From Raja brachyura (Eukaryota), in assembly GCA_963514005.1 (NCBI GenBank), contig OY740798.1:51894001-51958000 (forward strand): a DNA stretch of 64,000 bases, given 5' to 3'. Shown here in pieces: positions 48,339 to 61,554 of this stretch; the first letter of the stretch is position 1, and each line of letters begins with the position of its first letter. The notes below the pieces were generated by a model, which saw nothing but the letters and a program-made list of their open reading frames with translations, was not told the DNA's origin and searched no databases. A program made the translations under genes and the position numbers.

Positions 48339-50836
48339 TGAGTTTTTGACAATAAAATGCAGACCCTTCTATATGCCCAGGGAATTCACCATTATAACCA
48401 TCACAGCCGTGTACATCCCACCCAGTGCAAACACTAAGGAGGCCCTGAATGCTCTTTATTGTTCCATTAGTGACCTACAATCTACACATCCAGATGGCGT
48501 CTTCATTGTTGCTGGGGATTTTAACCAGGCCAACATGAAGACTGTTCTCCCACATTACTACCAGCATGTAGACTTTGCAACCAGGGGAATCAATACACTG
48601 GACCTAGCCTACACTAACATCCAGAAGGCATTCAAGGCAGTCCTCCGCCCCCACCTTGGCTCCTCAGACCATATCTCTGTGATGCTAATTCCTGCATACA
48701 GGCCCCTGCTTACCCGAGAAAAACCTACTGTGAAGCAGGTTAGGGTCTGGCCAGAGGGAGCTATGGCAACACTACAGAACTGTTTTGAATGCATGGACTG
48801 GGACATGTTCAAGAAGGCTGCAACTGTCAGCCAACACATCAACCTGGAGGAGTATGCTGCGTCCGTGTCTGCTTACATGGAGAAGTGCATTGAGGATGTC
48901 TGTGTCACCAAGACCATCACTGTACGGGCCAACCAGAAACCCTGGATGACCACAGAGGTACGTGGAATGCTGAGAGCACGTAATGCCGCGTTTAAATCCG
49001 GCGACGTGGTGGCACTCAGATCCGCAAGAGCCAACCTGAACCGAGTCGTCAGGCTGGCCAAGCGTGCCCATGGTCAGAAAATCCAGAGCTTCTTCCATGA
49101 CCCCAAGAACACCAGGCGCATGTGGCAGGGAATCAAATCAATCACGGACTATAAGACTGCTTCACCACCCTGTGATGACAACATTGAGTTCCTCAATGAA
49201 CTCAACAACTATTTTGGTCGGTTCGAGGCATTAAATAACACACCTGCAAGCAAAGGTATTCCTCATTGTGAGGAAAAGGCACTCAGTCTTGACATAGTGG
49301 ATGTTCGGAGGACCTTAAAAGGAGTGAACGCACGAAAGGCGGCAGGCCCTGATAACATACCAGGGCGGGTGCTCAGGGAATCTGCTGATCAGCTGGCACA
49401 TGTCCTTACGGACTTATTTAACACCTCACTGAACCAGGCTGTCGTCCCATTATGTTTCAAGACTGCCACCATCATACCAGTGCCAAAAAAATCCAACATA
49501 CAATGTCTCAATGACTACCGCACTGTAGCACTCACCCCCATAATGATGAAGTGCTTCGAGAGGATGGTCAGGGACCACATTACCTCCAGACTCCTCTCCA
49601 CACTCGACCCATACCAGTTTGCTTACAGGCCAAACCGCTCCACAGAGGACGCTATATCCTCCGTACTCCATCTGAGCCTGGAACATTTAGAGGAGAAAAA
49701 CACCTATGTGTGAATGCTGTTCGTGGATTTCAGTTCAGCATTCAACACCATTATCCCCCAGCACCTGATAAGCAAACTGGTTCCATTGGACCTCGGCACC
49801 CCCATGTGTAACTGGCTACTGGACTTCCTCACTGACAGACCCCAGTCTGTGAGGGTTGGAAATAACACCTCCAACACCATCTCTCTGAGCACCGGCTCCC
49901 TCAGGGCTGTGTCCTGAGTCCACTGCTGTTCACCCTGATGACTCACGACTGTTGTGCCAGGTTTAGTACAAACCACATCATGAAGTACGCAGATGACACA
50001 ACAGTGGTGGGCCTCATCAGGGACGACAATGAGCTGGCTTACAGGGAGGAGGTGAAACAACTGGTGGACTGGTGCAATACGAACAACCTGATCCTGAATG
50101 TCGAAAAAACAAAGGAGGTTATCGTCGACTTCAGGAAAACCCGGCACAGTCCCACACCACTTCACATCAATGACAGCGATGTGGAGGTGGTCAGTAGCAC
50201 AAAGTTCCTGGGGGTGCAGATCACTAACAGTCTGACCTGGTCAAATAACATCTCATCAACAGTTAAGAGAGCGCAGCAGCGGTTGCACTTTCTGCGCCGG
50301 ATGAGAAGAGCTCACCTCCCCCATCCCATCCTCACTACTTTCTACAGGGGCACCATAGAGAGTATTCTGACCAGCTGTATCTCTGTCTGGTTTGGGGACT
50401 GTAGAGCCTCCGACTGGAAGTCTGTGCAGAGAGTGGTGAGGACAGCGGAAAAAATCATCGGGACCTCTCTCCCCTCAATCGGTGATATTGCGACCAAACG
50501 CTGCGTGTCTAAGGCCAGCAGTATTATAAAAGACCCCACACATCTCCATCATGGACTGTTCACTCTGCTACCCTCGGGAAACAGATATCGCAGCATAAGG
50601 AGCAGAACATCAAGGTTCTGCAACAGCTTCTTCCCACGAGCCATCAGACTCCTGAATGCCATGTAATGGGCTGCCACCGTTGTCTATTTATTCTTTTATC
50701 CTTTTCATCCATGCCTATCCTTCTGTTAATTTATTGTGTTGCACAGGGAGCCAAATGCAATGTAATTTCGTTTGGAACTGCATATATCAATGTATTTCTA
50801 AATGACAATAAAGTTTGTTTGACTTTGACTTTTTGA
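48339..50836 (+). mobile_element. Rex1/Babar LINE, 5'-truncated, nearly intact ORF (one stop, one frameshift)
   Basis: CRPFYMPREF, AVYIPP, AGDFN, SDH endonuclease; [22 protein letters not shown]; tail gacaataaa + (tttgac)n; possible TSD ctctat. Confidence 0.88.
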
Positions 50837-53666
50837 CTCTATCCAAGATTACAGGTAAACTACGCTATCCAGAAGTTACATTCCAAATCAAATACACCAC
50901 AGCTGTGGCAAAGATCGACACTGGGGCTCATTGTAATGTTATGTCTCTGGCTGTGTTTGCCAGGGTCAAGAACACTGAAACTGTTGAAACACGAACACTT
51001 CATTAATTCCCCTTGGGGGAGGTGAGGTTCGCCCAGCTGGCTGGGTTGACCTGCAGTGCCACCTAGTGACACGTGTGCACAAGCTGTACTTGTTTATTGT
51101 CCCCGGCAAAGTAACGACTCTACTTGGTATTGATGCCTGCCAGGATCTGAGAGTGATAAGCTTTGCAGAAGAGGTGCATCAACATTTTGACAACAAGCTT
51201 GGAAAGCTACCACTCAAATACTCTATTGTAACCTACCCTGACCTATTGCCTGGTAGACAAAAATGCTGGCGAAACTCAGTGGGTGAGGCCGCATCTGTGG
51301 AGCAAAGGAAAAAGGCCAATTTAAAGGAAGTACTGGATTGGGCGAAGGACATCAACCTTAAGCTTAACCCCCTAAAATGCAGGTTTCGTGTCGGAGAAGT
51401 AAAGTACGTAGGACACGTTTTTACTAGTGATGGACTCAAACCAGATCCTTCCAAGACTGGTTCCCAGGGACGTAACCAACTTACAAAGATTCCATGGCAT
51501 GGTGAATTACCTGGGTAAGTTAATTCTGAACTTCAGCGAACTGTCTGCACCACTGCGGCAGCTGACACACAAAGACGCAACCTGGTCCTGGGCCTGGGAC
51601 TGGTACACACACCAGGGAGCATTTGTCTAAAACAGCAGTTGTCCTGTGCCCCGACCCTGGCTTACTTTGATAAAACTGCCGTTAACGCTAACCTGTGATG
51701 CCTCCCAGTACGGACTGGGCACTGCCTGCCGTCAGAACACCAGTGACGGTGACAACGAAACTGTGGCATTAGCCTCTCGCACGATGTCTGAGACCGAGCT
51801 ATGCAATGCTCAAATCAAAAAGGAACTACTGGCATGGACTTTGCCTACGTAAAATTCAAAGACGTTATTTTTGGAAAGACTGTAACTATTGAAACAGACC
51901 ACCAGCCCTTGTGCAGCATTCTAAACAAGCCAATCCACGCTGCTTCTGCCCGGCTGCAGCGGATGATGATGCAGCTTCAAAGATACGATATCAACCTGGT
52001 TTACACGGCAGGCAGAGACATGCACCGAGCCGACACTCTATCCAGAGCTCCACGTAATACCTGCGAGCAACAAACAACAGTCAACAACATGTACTTTGTG
52101 ATGATGGAGTCACACCTTTCCACAGAGTGCCTGGACGACTTGGCTGCCCAGACAGCAGCCGATTACACCCTACAGTCCCTGCCGTCGACCATCCGGCATA
52201 GCTGGCCAGATAAACAGCACAAGGTACCTGTTGGCATTTGCCCGTTCTTCCCGGTCCTTGATGAGCTCGTGCTCCAGGATGGTGTGATTGTCAAAGGACA
52301 CAAGGCGGTCATTCCAACTGCTGTACGAGACAAATATTTCAACTCGGACCACGGGGGACATCCCGGCACTGAGGCAACCGTTCTTCGAGCCAAGAGCTGT
52401 TTTTCTTGCCCGGAATGACCGAGTTTATACGAGAGAAAGTGGAAGCCTGCGCGATCTGCAACAGCCGGGCACCCCATCTACCCAAGCATCCGCTTCTCAC
52501 TCACCCAGTCCCTGCCCTACCCTGGTCCGCACTGGCAACAGACATTTTCGAATGGCATGATAAACAATACCTGTTTCTAGTCGACTCGAACTCGGGGTGG
52601 TTTGGGATTGACTTGCTTCCAAGCCCCACCACAGCAGTGGTGGTTCAGAAACTAGCGCAACACTTTTCAAGTTATGGGGCGCCCGTAAACTCCTGACTGA
52701 CAACGGTAGCCAGTTCACCAGCCAGTGCTTCAAGAATTTTGCCCAACGATGAGACTTTCATCACATTACCAGCAGTTCCGAATACTCTCAATCGAACAGG
52801 CTGGCCGAGAGGGCAGTCCGGAGTGCCAAACAGCAGATGGAAAGATCTAATTTGGTAAAGTCCGATGTTTACCTGGACTTGCTCAACTTGAGAAACATTG
52901 CCCGTGATAAGCAGGCCACACTAGTCGCTGGCAAGGGGTCAAGTTGTAATGCTTCAAACTGACAAGGGTCACGGACGCCTTGGTACAATCCACGACCCGG
53001 CACCAGAACCACGCTAGTACATGGTCGACTGATGGAGGGACTTACCGGCGAAACCATCAACATCTTCTAGCAGTGAAGGAACCGCAACCTGTAATCCCGT
53101 ATCCAGATGTTCCTGGACTGTGTCACTGTATGACTAATACTCTTCCTCCCCTGACTCCATTGTCTGCATCCAGCATGTATCCTGTCTTTTCGCCACCGCC
53201 ATTGGTGTCCCTCTCTCCGGTCTCGCCATACCCACCTTACGGGGCTCCAATGCACCACCAGCCCCCCCGATCTCGCAATTCTCGCCAGTGAAGGTTGGAG
53301 GTGCGAGCTTGTATCATATGCGCGCGGGTCACATTTGCAAACCACCCCTTAGATACAGGAACTATGCTTAACCTGCGCCAGTGCTGATTTTATCAGACGC
53401 CTCAGATATGTATTTGTAGTCACGTTATTTTCTCAAGAAGAAAGATGTAGATCTCCTCTACCTAATACTAACTCACATGTTACACACCACTCAGATCCAG
53501 AATCCAGTCCGGGTCTTACCTTACAATCCCCATATGTTACTAATGTTTTCAGATACTAGTCATTAATCGGGATGTAGTCACGGTGGAACCTACTTTCAGT
53601 ATAACTTTACTGTACGCTAATAAACTTGTTGGACCGTTACTTGGTGTGTCCTTTATTAGCTCTACA

Positions 53667-54670
53667 ACTAATTTCCATCCTGCACTCAAATTCACTTGGA
53701 CCATCTCTGACGTCTCCCTACTGTTTCTGGAACTCACTATCTCCATCACAGGAGACAGACTATTGACTGACATCTACCACAAACCTACTGACTGCCATAG
53801 CAATCTTGACTACACTTCTTCTCACCCCGCTTCCTGTAAAGACTCTATCCCCATCTCCCAACTTCTCCGTCTGCACCGCATCAACGCCCAGGATGAGGTT
53901 TTCCATACCAGGGCATCGGAGATGTCCTAATTCTTTAGGAAACAGGGTTCCCCTCTTCCATTATAGATGAGGCTCTCACTAAGGCGTCCTCGACATCCCG
54001 CAGCTCCGCTCTTGCTTCCCCTCCCTCCATTCGCAACAAGGACAGAGTCCCCCTTGTCCTCACCTTCCACCCCATCAGCCGTCGCATACAGCATATAATT
54101 CTCCAATACTTTTGCAACCTCCAACGGGATCCCACTACTGGCCACATCTTTCCATCTCCACCCCTTTCTTCTTTCTGCGTTCCCTCTGAAACTCCCTGAT
54201 CAACTCGTCCCTTCCCACCCAAACAACCCCCTCCCTAGGTACTTTCCCCTGCAACCGCAGGAGATGCAATACCTGTCCATTTGCCTCCCCCTCGACTCCA
54301 TCCAAGGACCCATTCAGTCTTTCCAGGTGAGACAGAGATTCACTTGCACCTTCTCCAATCTCATCTATTGTATCCGCTGATCTCCCAATGGCTCAGCACT
54401 CCCCCTTCCATTCCCAATCTGACCTTTCCATCCTGGGCCTCCTCCATTGTCAGAGTGAGGCCCAGCACAAATTGAAGGAACAGCGCGTTATATGTTGCTT
54501 GGGAAGTTTACACCCCAGTGGTATGAACATTGACCTCTAACTTCAAATAACCCTTACTTTCCCTCCCTGTCCATCCCTCCCCCTTCCCAGTTCTCCCACC
54601 AGTCTTACTGTCTCCGACTACATTCTTTCTTTCCCCTGACATCAGTCTGAAGAAGGGTCTCGGCCCGAAA
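53667..54670 (+). mobile_element. Penelope-like element 3' half (its upstream part is at ~43705-43803, split by the Gypsy)
   Basis: ...ELTDFINFM | TNFHPALKFTWTIS..FLEL..TDIYHKPTD..LDYTSSHP..KDSIP; terminal repeat with ctgaagaagggtctcggcccgaaac. Confidence 0.85.
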
Positions 54671-54699
54671 CAGATTATAAAAAAGGGAGGTTCCACGGG

Positions 54700-55335
54700 A
54701 TCTGGGTGTCTTTGTACATCAGTCATCAGTCACTGAAAGTAAACATGCAGGTACAGCAGGCAGTGAAGATACCTAATGGCATGTTGGCCTTCATAACGAG
54801 AGGATTTGAATATAGGAGTAAAGAGGCCCTTCTGCAGTTGTATAGGGCTCTGGTGAGACCATATCTGGAGTATTATATGCAGTTTCGTTCTCCTAATTTG
54901 AGGAAGGACATCCTTGCTATTGAGGGAGTGCAGCATTGGTTCACTAGGTTAATCCCCAGGATGGCGGGACTGCCATATGAGGAAAAATTGGATAGACTGG
55001 GTTTGTATTCACTGGAATTTAGAAGGATGAGAGGACACGTTATAGAAACACATAAAATTATAAAAGGACTGGACAAGCTAGATGCAGGAAAAATGTTCCC
55101 AATGTTGGAGGAGTCAGGGGACCACAGTCTAAGAATATAGGGGAGTTGTGAATTTGTGCAATTCTCTGCCACAGAAGGCCAATTCACTGGATGGAATCAA
55201 GTGATATGGGGAGAAAGCAGGGACGGGTTACTGACTGTAGATGAGCAGCCATGTTCACAATGAATGGTGGTGCTGGCTCGAAGGGCCGAATGGCCTCCGC
55301 CTGCACCTATTTTATATGTGTATATGTTTCTATGA
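54700..55335 (+). mobile_element. CR1 LINE 3' fragment
   Basis: QVQQAVK..NGMLAFITRG...LVRPYLEY. Confidence 0.85.
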
Positions 55336-55743
55336 AACATTACCCATTCCTTCTCTCCAGAGATGCTGCCTGTCCTGCTGAGTTACTCCAGCATTTTATG
55401 TCAATGTATTGAGTATAGAAGTTAGGAGGTCATGTTGCTTTTGTATAAGATGTTGGTGAGGCTGCATTTTGAGAATTTTGTTCAGTTATGGGCACCATGT
55501 CATAGGAAAAATGTTGTCAAGCTGGAAAGGGTACAGAGAAGTTTTACGAGGGTGTTGCCAGGACTAGAGGGTCTGTTAGCTATTGGGAGAGGTTGAATAG
55601 ACTGGAACTCTATTCGTTGGAGCAAAGAAGTATGAGGGGTGATCTTATAGAGGTCTATAAAACCATGAGAGGAATAGATTGGGTAGATGCACAGATTCAA
55701 ATGGTCAGCATGGACAAGTTGGGCCTTAGGGCCTGTTTCCATG

Positions 55744-55884
55744 NNNNNNNNNNNNNNNNNNNNNNNNNNNNNNNNNNNNNNNNNNNNNNNNNNNNNNNNN
55801 NNNNNNNNNNNNNNNNNNNNNNNNNNNNNNNNNNNNNNNNNNNNNNNNNNNNNNNNNNNNNNNNNNNNNNNNNNNNNNNNNNNN
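55744..55884. other. Assembly gap (141 N), followed by (TATCA)n microsatellite to ~55975
   Basis: Run of N. Confidence 0.99.
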
Positions 55885-56840
55885 CTATCTATATATTTAT
55901 CATATCATCATATATCATATCATATCATAACATATCTATCATGTATCATATCATATATCATATCATATAATATATAATAGTAAGATTAAATGAGAACTTA
56001 CCAGTTTGAAGTTTGATCTTTATTTTATGAGGAGTTACGATGAGGGATTACGTGAAGACCCCGCCAGCACGCATGCGCGACATTCTTCAAAGCAGTGGTG
56101 TGAAATCACAGATACCAAAGTAGACTAATATAGTAAGATAAGAGAGAACTTTCATACCAGTTGAACTTTATAATAGAGGGTTTTGGGAGCGGAGGGCACG
56201 TAATCCCTCATCGTAACTCATAAAATAAAGATCAAACTTCAAACTGGTAAGTTCTCTTTTATTCTTACTATTTTACTTCGGAGTCACGTGAGTAACTACG
56301 TGAAGATTTCAAAGCTTTGTGATTTCATGCCCTGGAAACGAGTCCATGCTCACACACAGCCATGCTGGGAAAAAGGAGGATGAACGTATTTCAGACATGA
56401 CACTGTGCTGAAAAACAAAGAAGGTATTTATTCATACCAAAATAATATATCCCCACATTGGGTAATTTATTTTGCAGAACTCAAAATTTTCCCTGCAAAT
56501 GTGTCAGGAGCGGCCACGGATTTATTATAGAAGCGTTGGAAAGTCTTTTCATTGCTCCAAACCACTGTGGCCAGGATGTGGTCCATAGGAACTTCCATCA
56601 TCCTAGCCGCCGATGTAGATGCAGCCCTGGTGGAGTGAGATTTGAAAACATTAGTATCCACCCCCGCTGCATCTAACACCACCCTTAACCATCTTGATAT
56701 GGTTTGCACCGTGACTTTGTGGTGAGGCCATTAATGGCTTATAAGTAAAGCTCTCTCCGTGCCCCTTAGAGTCTTAGTGACTTCTATATATTGCAAGATA
56801 AGTGTGACGATGCAGAGTCGAGTATCTGCAGGATAGGCCT

Positions 56841-59800
56841 TGTAGATGGTTTTGCATGCAACCAATAACATAGTTACCTCAGTACCATTAACCCCGCCTA
56901 GTTAACATCAATCATAACGCCTTCCCCTTCCTGGATACGGTTCACTAGAAGAACGTAGCCAGTATTTGAGGATGTATTTAATACCTTGTGCTATCATTAA
57001 AATGTGTTGAACACTTTTAGAGTTTGTAAATTGCTTATTTACATGGTGTCGGAGCTGGAAGATACTTGCGCCCACCTGTCCATCGGGTTTTATTTATTTT
57101 ATTTGATTTGTGCCTTTTGTGCTTTATCTCTCTGACCATGGCATCCTCGTGCAGAAAGCCCGCGCAGCTTGTCTTTGATGCTGATATTTCTGAGCGCTGG
57201 GCTACGTTTGAAATTGATTTCACCCACTTTGTCAACGTCGCTCACCGCAATGATCCTGACTCCCTCAAAGCCTCCCTCCTACTCAACCTTGTCGGACCTG
57301 ATGCCATGAAGAGAGCCAGAACTTTCGTCTATGCTCCAGCGGTCCTGGACGACAACAACGTGGTGGTTACCCCTGCAGAATCTGCCAGTGACCCTGCTTG
57401 CCTGCTACGTAAGTTCAGGGAGATTTGTGACCTGCCCTCGAACCGCATTCTAGAGAGGGCACGGTTCTTTACAAGGAGACAGCTGCCGGAGGAACCTGTT
57501 GAATGTTTTATTGCCGATTTGCGTTATCTCGCCCAGCGGTGCCGTTTCGGTGACATGACAGACCAGCTCACTAGAGACATTTTAGTAACTGGCATGCGTG
57601 ACCAGAAGCTGCGATGTGAGCTTCTTAGGGATCCGGATCTAACGTTAGAAAAAGCCATGCATGCCTGCAGATTGTCTGAGGTCGTTGTATTGCCAGATGA
57701 TCACCAGGACTTGGGAGATAAGTCTGTTCACCAGGCTGGATTTAGTAGAGCCCTGCCTCAGAGGGGAAACAATGCTTTTCTGCCGCGTGCCAACCCTGGT
57801 CCTGATGATGTGCCCCCAAAAAGGTGCCCTAACTGTAACTACATGCACCACAGACGGTCGACGTGCCCTGCCAATGGCAAGGCTTGTAATTTTTGTAACA
57901 AACTGAATCATTTCGTTTCTGCCTGCCGCTTATTCCGTTCTCGTGGGAGACAGGTACAGATTTCCAGACCCATTCTAAACATGCTTAAACAATCTGATAG
58001 CTGTTCCAACCCACAGCCCGATGTTGCTGAATCCTATGATGCAGATCCAATTAATTCTCCCGAGGATTCGAATGTGTTTACCCTCCTCCAGGCACCTGGC
58101 CAACGTCTTGATCCCTCCGTGTCTGTGACTGTCAACAATGTAACCTTCCTTGCGAAGTTAGATACTGGGGCAAAGGTCAATGTTTTGTCAATAAATCTTT
58201 TCAACAAGATAAGGACTAATGAGGCCTTGGTCGCTGACAATGCTACTCTACACGCCTATGGTGGAGAAATTCTCAGGCCTGTGGGGAGGGCCACTTTAAC
58301 TTGCAGGCTACAGAAGGCCACGAGAAACTTGATTTTTTATGTTTTGAACTCTGACTGTGTTACCCTGCTGGGAAACCGTGCGTGCCAAGATCTTGGCCTG
58401 GTGTCCTTCGACCACACGGTCCACAAAGTGCAACTGTCATTTAACCCGATTGCAGAATACCAGGACCTGTTCAACGATGACCTGGGAAAGTTACCACTGA
58501 CATACCATATTTCCATTGACCCAAATGTACAACCCGTGGTCCGCGCACCTCACAGGGTGTCCCACGCCATGAAAGACAGGGTCGAGGCGATGCTTAACAA
58601 CATGGTCGACAAGGGGGTGCTAGAAGCGGTCAGCGAGCCCACCGATTGGGTCTCCACCATGGTTGCCACGATAAAGAAAGACAAGAATGAAATACGTGTG
58701 TGTATCAACCCCAAGGACTTAAACCTTGCCATCAGGCGACCACACTACCCCATGCGGTCTGTTGAGGACGTGGTGGCTCAGGTCGGGCAAGCCACCGTCT
58801 TTTCGGTCCTAGACGCTAAGAACTCGTTCTGGCAGATCCCGTTGGACAAAGCATCTTCCGACCTGACAACCTTCGCCACACCATTCGGCAGATTCAAATT
58901 CCTGCGAATGCCATTCGGCATCAATTCCGCTAGTGAGGTGTTCCAGCGAACGATGGAGCAGATATTCTCGGGCCTGCCATGTGCCATCATCGTGGATGAC
59001 ATCTTAGTCTATGGGAAGGACATTGCCGAACATGACCAGAGCCTCCGCCGCGTCCTGGATCGGGCGCGAAAGGCCAACCTGAAGCTGAACCCAAAGAAGT
59101 GCCGGTTTCGTGTCTCAGAAGTCACGTATGTTGGACACGTTTTCACCTCTAACGGACTAAAACCCGACCCTTTGAAGGCAGCGGCCATCTCTGAGATGGC
59201 AGCCCCCACCGACGTGCCAGGTCTACAACGTTTCTTGGGCATGGTGAACTACCTTGGGAAGTTTGTACCAAATCTCAGTGAGCTGAGTGCTCCCCTGCGG
59301 CAGCTGACAAAAAAGGATATCGCCTGGGTCTGGCTCCCACAGCACCAGCAGGCGTTTGACTGTCTCAAGTCGAAACTGATTAACACTCCGACGTTGCGAT
59401 TTTTTGATGCGAGTCGCCCCATCACCGTCACATGTGACGCTTCTAAGTTCGGCCTGGGCAAGGCATGCCTCCAATCTGTCGATGGATCGTTACATCCTGT
59501 CTCCTATGCCTCCCGCACCATGACGGACACCGAGCAGCGGTACGCTCAGATCGAGAAGGAGCTGCTTGCGGTGGTGTTTGCCTGCTCCAAGTTCAGAGAC
59601 TTCCTGTTTGGCAGCAGATTTACAGTCGAAACCGACCACCAGCCACTGGTGACAATCCTGAACAAGCCGATTCATGCTGCCCCTGCCAGGCTGCAGCGTA
59701 TGATGCTGCAGCTCCAGCGCTTTGATTTCGACATAGTCTACAAGAAAGGCACCGAGATGCACATCGCGGACACGTTATCGCGCGCCCCGCGGGCCTCCTG

Positions 59801-61554
59801 TGCTCGCCACCCCTACGAAACAGAGGACTTGCTCGTACTGGGCGTCAATTTTATTCCCACCAAGCAGCTGCAGCTTTTGGCCGAGCACACCGCTGCCGAT
59901 CCAGTTTTGCAACGGCTTGCGTCTGTGATTAAATCAGGGTGGCCAACAAAGCGCTCCGCTGCACCGCCTGAAACACAGCCCTTCTTCCTGGTCCGTGACG
60001 AACTGGTGCTCCAGAATGGCGTTATCGTTAAGGGACATAAAGTGGTGGTCCCGTCCTCCCTGTTCGATTCTTACTACTGCGCAGCCCACAGCGGACACCC
60101 CGGGGTCGATGCAACACTCGCCCACGCTCAGTACCAATTCTACTGGCCTGGAATGGCCAAATATATTCGAGACCGTGTTTCTGCCTGCTCCACGTGCAAC
60201 AGTCTTGCTCCACATCAGCAGCGACAGCCCCTGCTGCAACAGCCCGCTCCTGCCTTGGCCTGGTCCTCGCTGGCTGCCGACATCTTCGAGTGGCGCGGTA
60301 ACCACTACCTTGTCCTGGTCGACTCGTACTCAAACTGGTTCGAGGTGGATTTGCTGACATCCCTCACGTCGGAGATGGTGATCCGGAAGCTGCGGAAACA
60401 CTTCTCCACGTTTGGGTCCCCTGTCAGGCTGCAGACTGACAATGGCAGGCAGTTTACCAGCCGTGAGTTCAAAAGTTTTGCTGACAAATGGAATTTTGTG
60501 CATTTCACCAGCAGCCCGGAGTACCCACAGAGCAACGGCCTTGCTGAACGGGCCGTCCGCAGCGCCAAGCTTCTGATGGAACAAGCGAGACTGTCTAACT
60601 CTGATTTGTATTTGGATCTCCTGAACCTCAGGAATGTTTCCAGAGATCCGGCCATGGGGTCCCCTGCTCAGCGTCTGATGTCCAGAACAACCAGATCTAC
60701 CATCCCGATTGCCCAGCGCCAGCTGAAACCTCGGGTGCTGGAGCCTGCCTCTGTGCAGAGGCGCATTCAAGAGAAACATGACAGCCAGCGGCGTTCCCAC
60801 GATCGGTCGTGCAGACCACTCGATCCTCTGTTGCCTGGACAGGTTGTTCGATTGCAAACCGCCAGTGGTCACTCCCGTCTGGCTACTGTGGTTGGGGTGG
60901 CCGACTCACCTCGTTCGTATCTGGTCGACTATGAGGGAACCATCTACCGTAGAAGCCGACAACACCTGCTTGCGGTTAATGAGCCGAAGCCGCAGGCCCC
61001 GGGCCCCTATGCCCCGCCGCTCTCATACCAGCAGCCGGCTCCTGTCCCAGCCAGCGTTCCCTGCATGCCTCGGTCCCCATATCGAGCGCCCGGTTCCCCT
61101 CTGTGCGGGTCACCTGTTGGCGGTCGCGGTTCTCCCTCTCCTGTTCCTCCAACCCCACCGCCCTTCCCTGGTTCCCCTGCTGTCTCGGGTCCCCCTGTTT
61201 TTTCTGCTCCTCCGGGGGAAGGGGGAGGCATCCGTACGCGCTCGGGCCGGATCAGCAAGCCACCTGTTCGTTATGGCGATTCTGTTTAATTCTGTTTAAT
61301 TCTGTTGTAGTGACAACGGTCTGTTTCTTTTAAATTTTCTAAGGGGAAGGATGTAGATGGTTTTGCATGCAACCAATAACATAGTTACCTCAGTACCATT
61401 AACCCCGCCTAGTTAACATCAATCATAACGCCTTCCCCTTCCTGGATACGGTTCACTAGAAGAACGTAGCCAGTATTTGAGGATGTATGTAGTACCTTGT
61501 GCTATCATTAAAATGTGTTGAACACTTTTAGAGTTTGTAAATTGCTTATTTACA
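56841..61554 (+). mobile_element. Intact Mag-type Ty3/Gypsy LTR retrotransposon
   Basis: 203-bp LTRs 56841-57043 and 61352-61554 (2 mismatches), TG..CA; TSD ggcct; PBS tggtgtcggag (tRNA-Leu-like); PPT aaggggaagga. Confidence 0.97.
57138..61289 (+). CDS. Gypsy Gag-Pol polyprotein (1383 aa from first ATG)
   Basis: Two Cys-His knuckles, protease LDTGA, RT VLDA..IIVDD, RNaseH TCDAS, integrase HHCC + D,D,E (ADIF, TDNG, GLAER); no stops. Confidence 0.95.
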   Translation: MASSCRKPAQLVFDADISERWATFEIDFTHFVNVAHRNDPDSLKASLLLNLVGPDAMKRARTFVYAPAVLDDNNVVVTPAESASDPACLLRKFREICDLPSNRILERARFFTRRQLPEEPVECFIADLRYLAQRCRFGDMTDQLTRDILVTGMRDQKLRCELLRDPDLTLEKAMHACRLSEVVVLPDDHQDLGDKSVHQAGFSRALPQRGNNAFLPRANPGPDDVPPKRCPNCNYMHHRRSTCPANGKACNFCNKLNHFVSACRLFRSRGRQVQISRPILNMLKQSDSCSNPQPDVAESYDADPINSPEDSNVFTLLQAPGQRLDPSVSVTVNNVTFLAKLDTGAKVNVLSINLFNKIRTNEALVADNATLHAYGGEILRPVGRATLTCRLQKATRNLIFYVLNSDCVTLLGNRACQDLGLVSFDHTVHKVQLSFNPIAEYQDLFNDDLGKLPLTYHISIDPNVQPVVRAPHRVSHAMKDRVEAMLNNMVDKGVLEAVSEPTDWVSTMVATIKKDKNEIRVCINPKDLNLAIRRPHYPMRSVEDVVAQVGQATVFSVLDAKNSFWQIPLDKASSDLTTFATPFGRFKFLRMPFGINSASEVFQRTMEQIFSGLPCAIIVDDILVYGKDIAEHDQSLRRVLDRARKANLKLNPKKCRFRVSEVTYVGHVFTSNGLKPDPLKAAAISEMAAPTDVPGLQRFLGMVNYLGKFVPNLSELSAPLRQLTKKDIAWVWLPQHQQAFDCLKSKLINTPTLRFFDASRPITVTCDASKFGLGKACLQSVDGSLHPVSYASRTMTDTEQRYAQIEKELLAVVFACSKFRDFLFGSRFTVETDHQPLVTILNKPIHAAPARLQRMMLQLQRFDFDIVYKKGTEMHIADTLSRAPRASCARHPYETEDLLVLGVNFIPTKQLQLLAEHTAADPVLQRLASVIKSGWPTKRSAAPPETQPFFLVRDELVLQNGVIVKGHKVVVPSSLFDSYYCAAHSGHPGVDATLAHAQYQFYWPGMAKYIRDRVSACSTCNSLAPHQQRQPLLQQPAPALAWSSLAADIFEWRGNHYLVLVDSYSNWFEVDLLTSLTSEMVIRKLRKHFSTFGSPVRLQTDNGRQFTSREFKSFADKWNFVHFTSSPEYPQSNGLAERAVRSAKLLMEQARLSNSDLYLDLLNLRNVSRDPAMGSPAQRLMSRTTRSTIPIAQRQLKPRVLEPASVQRRIQEKHDSQRRSHDRSCRPLDPLLPGQVVRLQTASGHSRLATVVGVADSPRSYLVDYEGTIYRRSRQHLLAVNEPKPQAPGPYAPPLSYQQPAPVPASVPCMPRSPYRAPGSPLCGSPVGGRGSPSPVPPTPPPFPGSPAVSGPPVFSAPPGEGGGIRTRSGRISKPPVRYGDSV

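Larger units (their letters stand above)
43804..53666 (+). mobile_element. Old degenerate Mag-type Gypsy LTR retrotransposon, inflated by nested insertions
   Basis: 5-bp TSD actaa (43799-43803, 53667-53671); 3' LTR 53446-53666 (TG..CA) after PPT aagaagaaaga; only ~40 bp of the 5' LTR remain; gag 46.3-47.6 kb, protease IDTGA ~50.9 kb, RNaseH TCDAS, integrase remnants to ~53.4 kb. Confidence 0.88.

Noticed and set aside
55593-55977. ORFs spanning 55.6-56.0 kb
   Set aside because: Artefacts of the N gap plus microsatellite.
57645-61333. Many short antisense and alternate-frame ORFs
   Set aside because: Shadows of the Gypsy Gag-Pol ORF.
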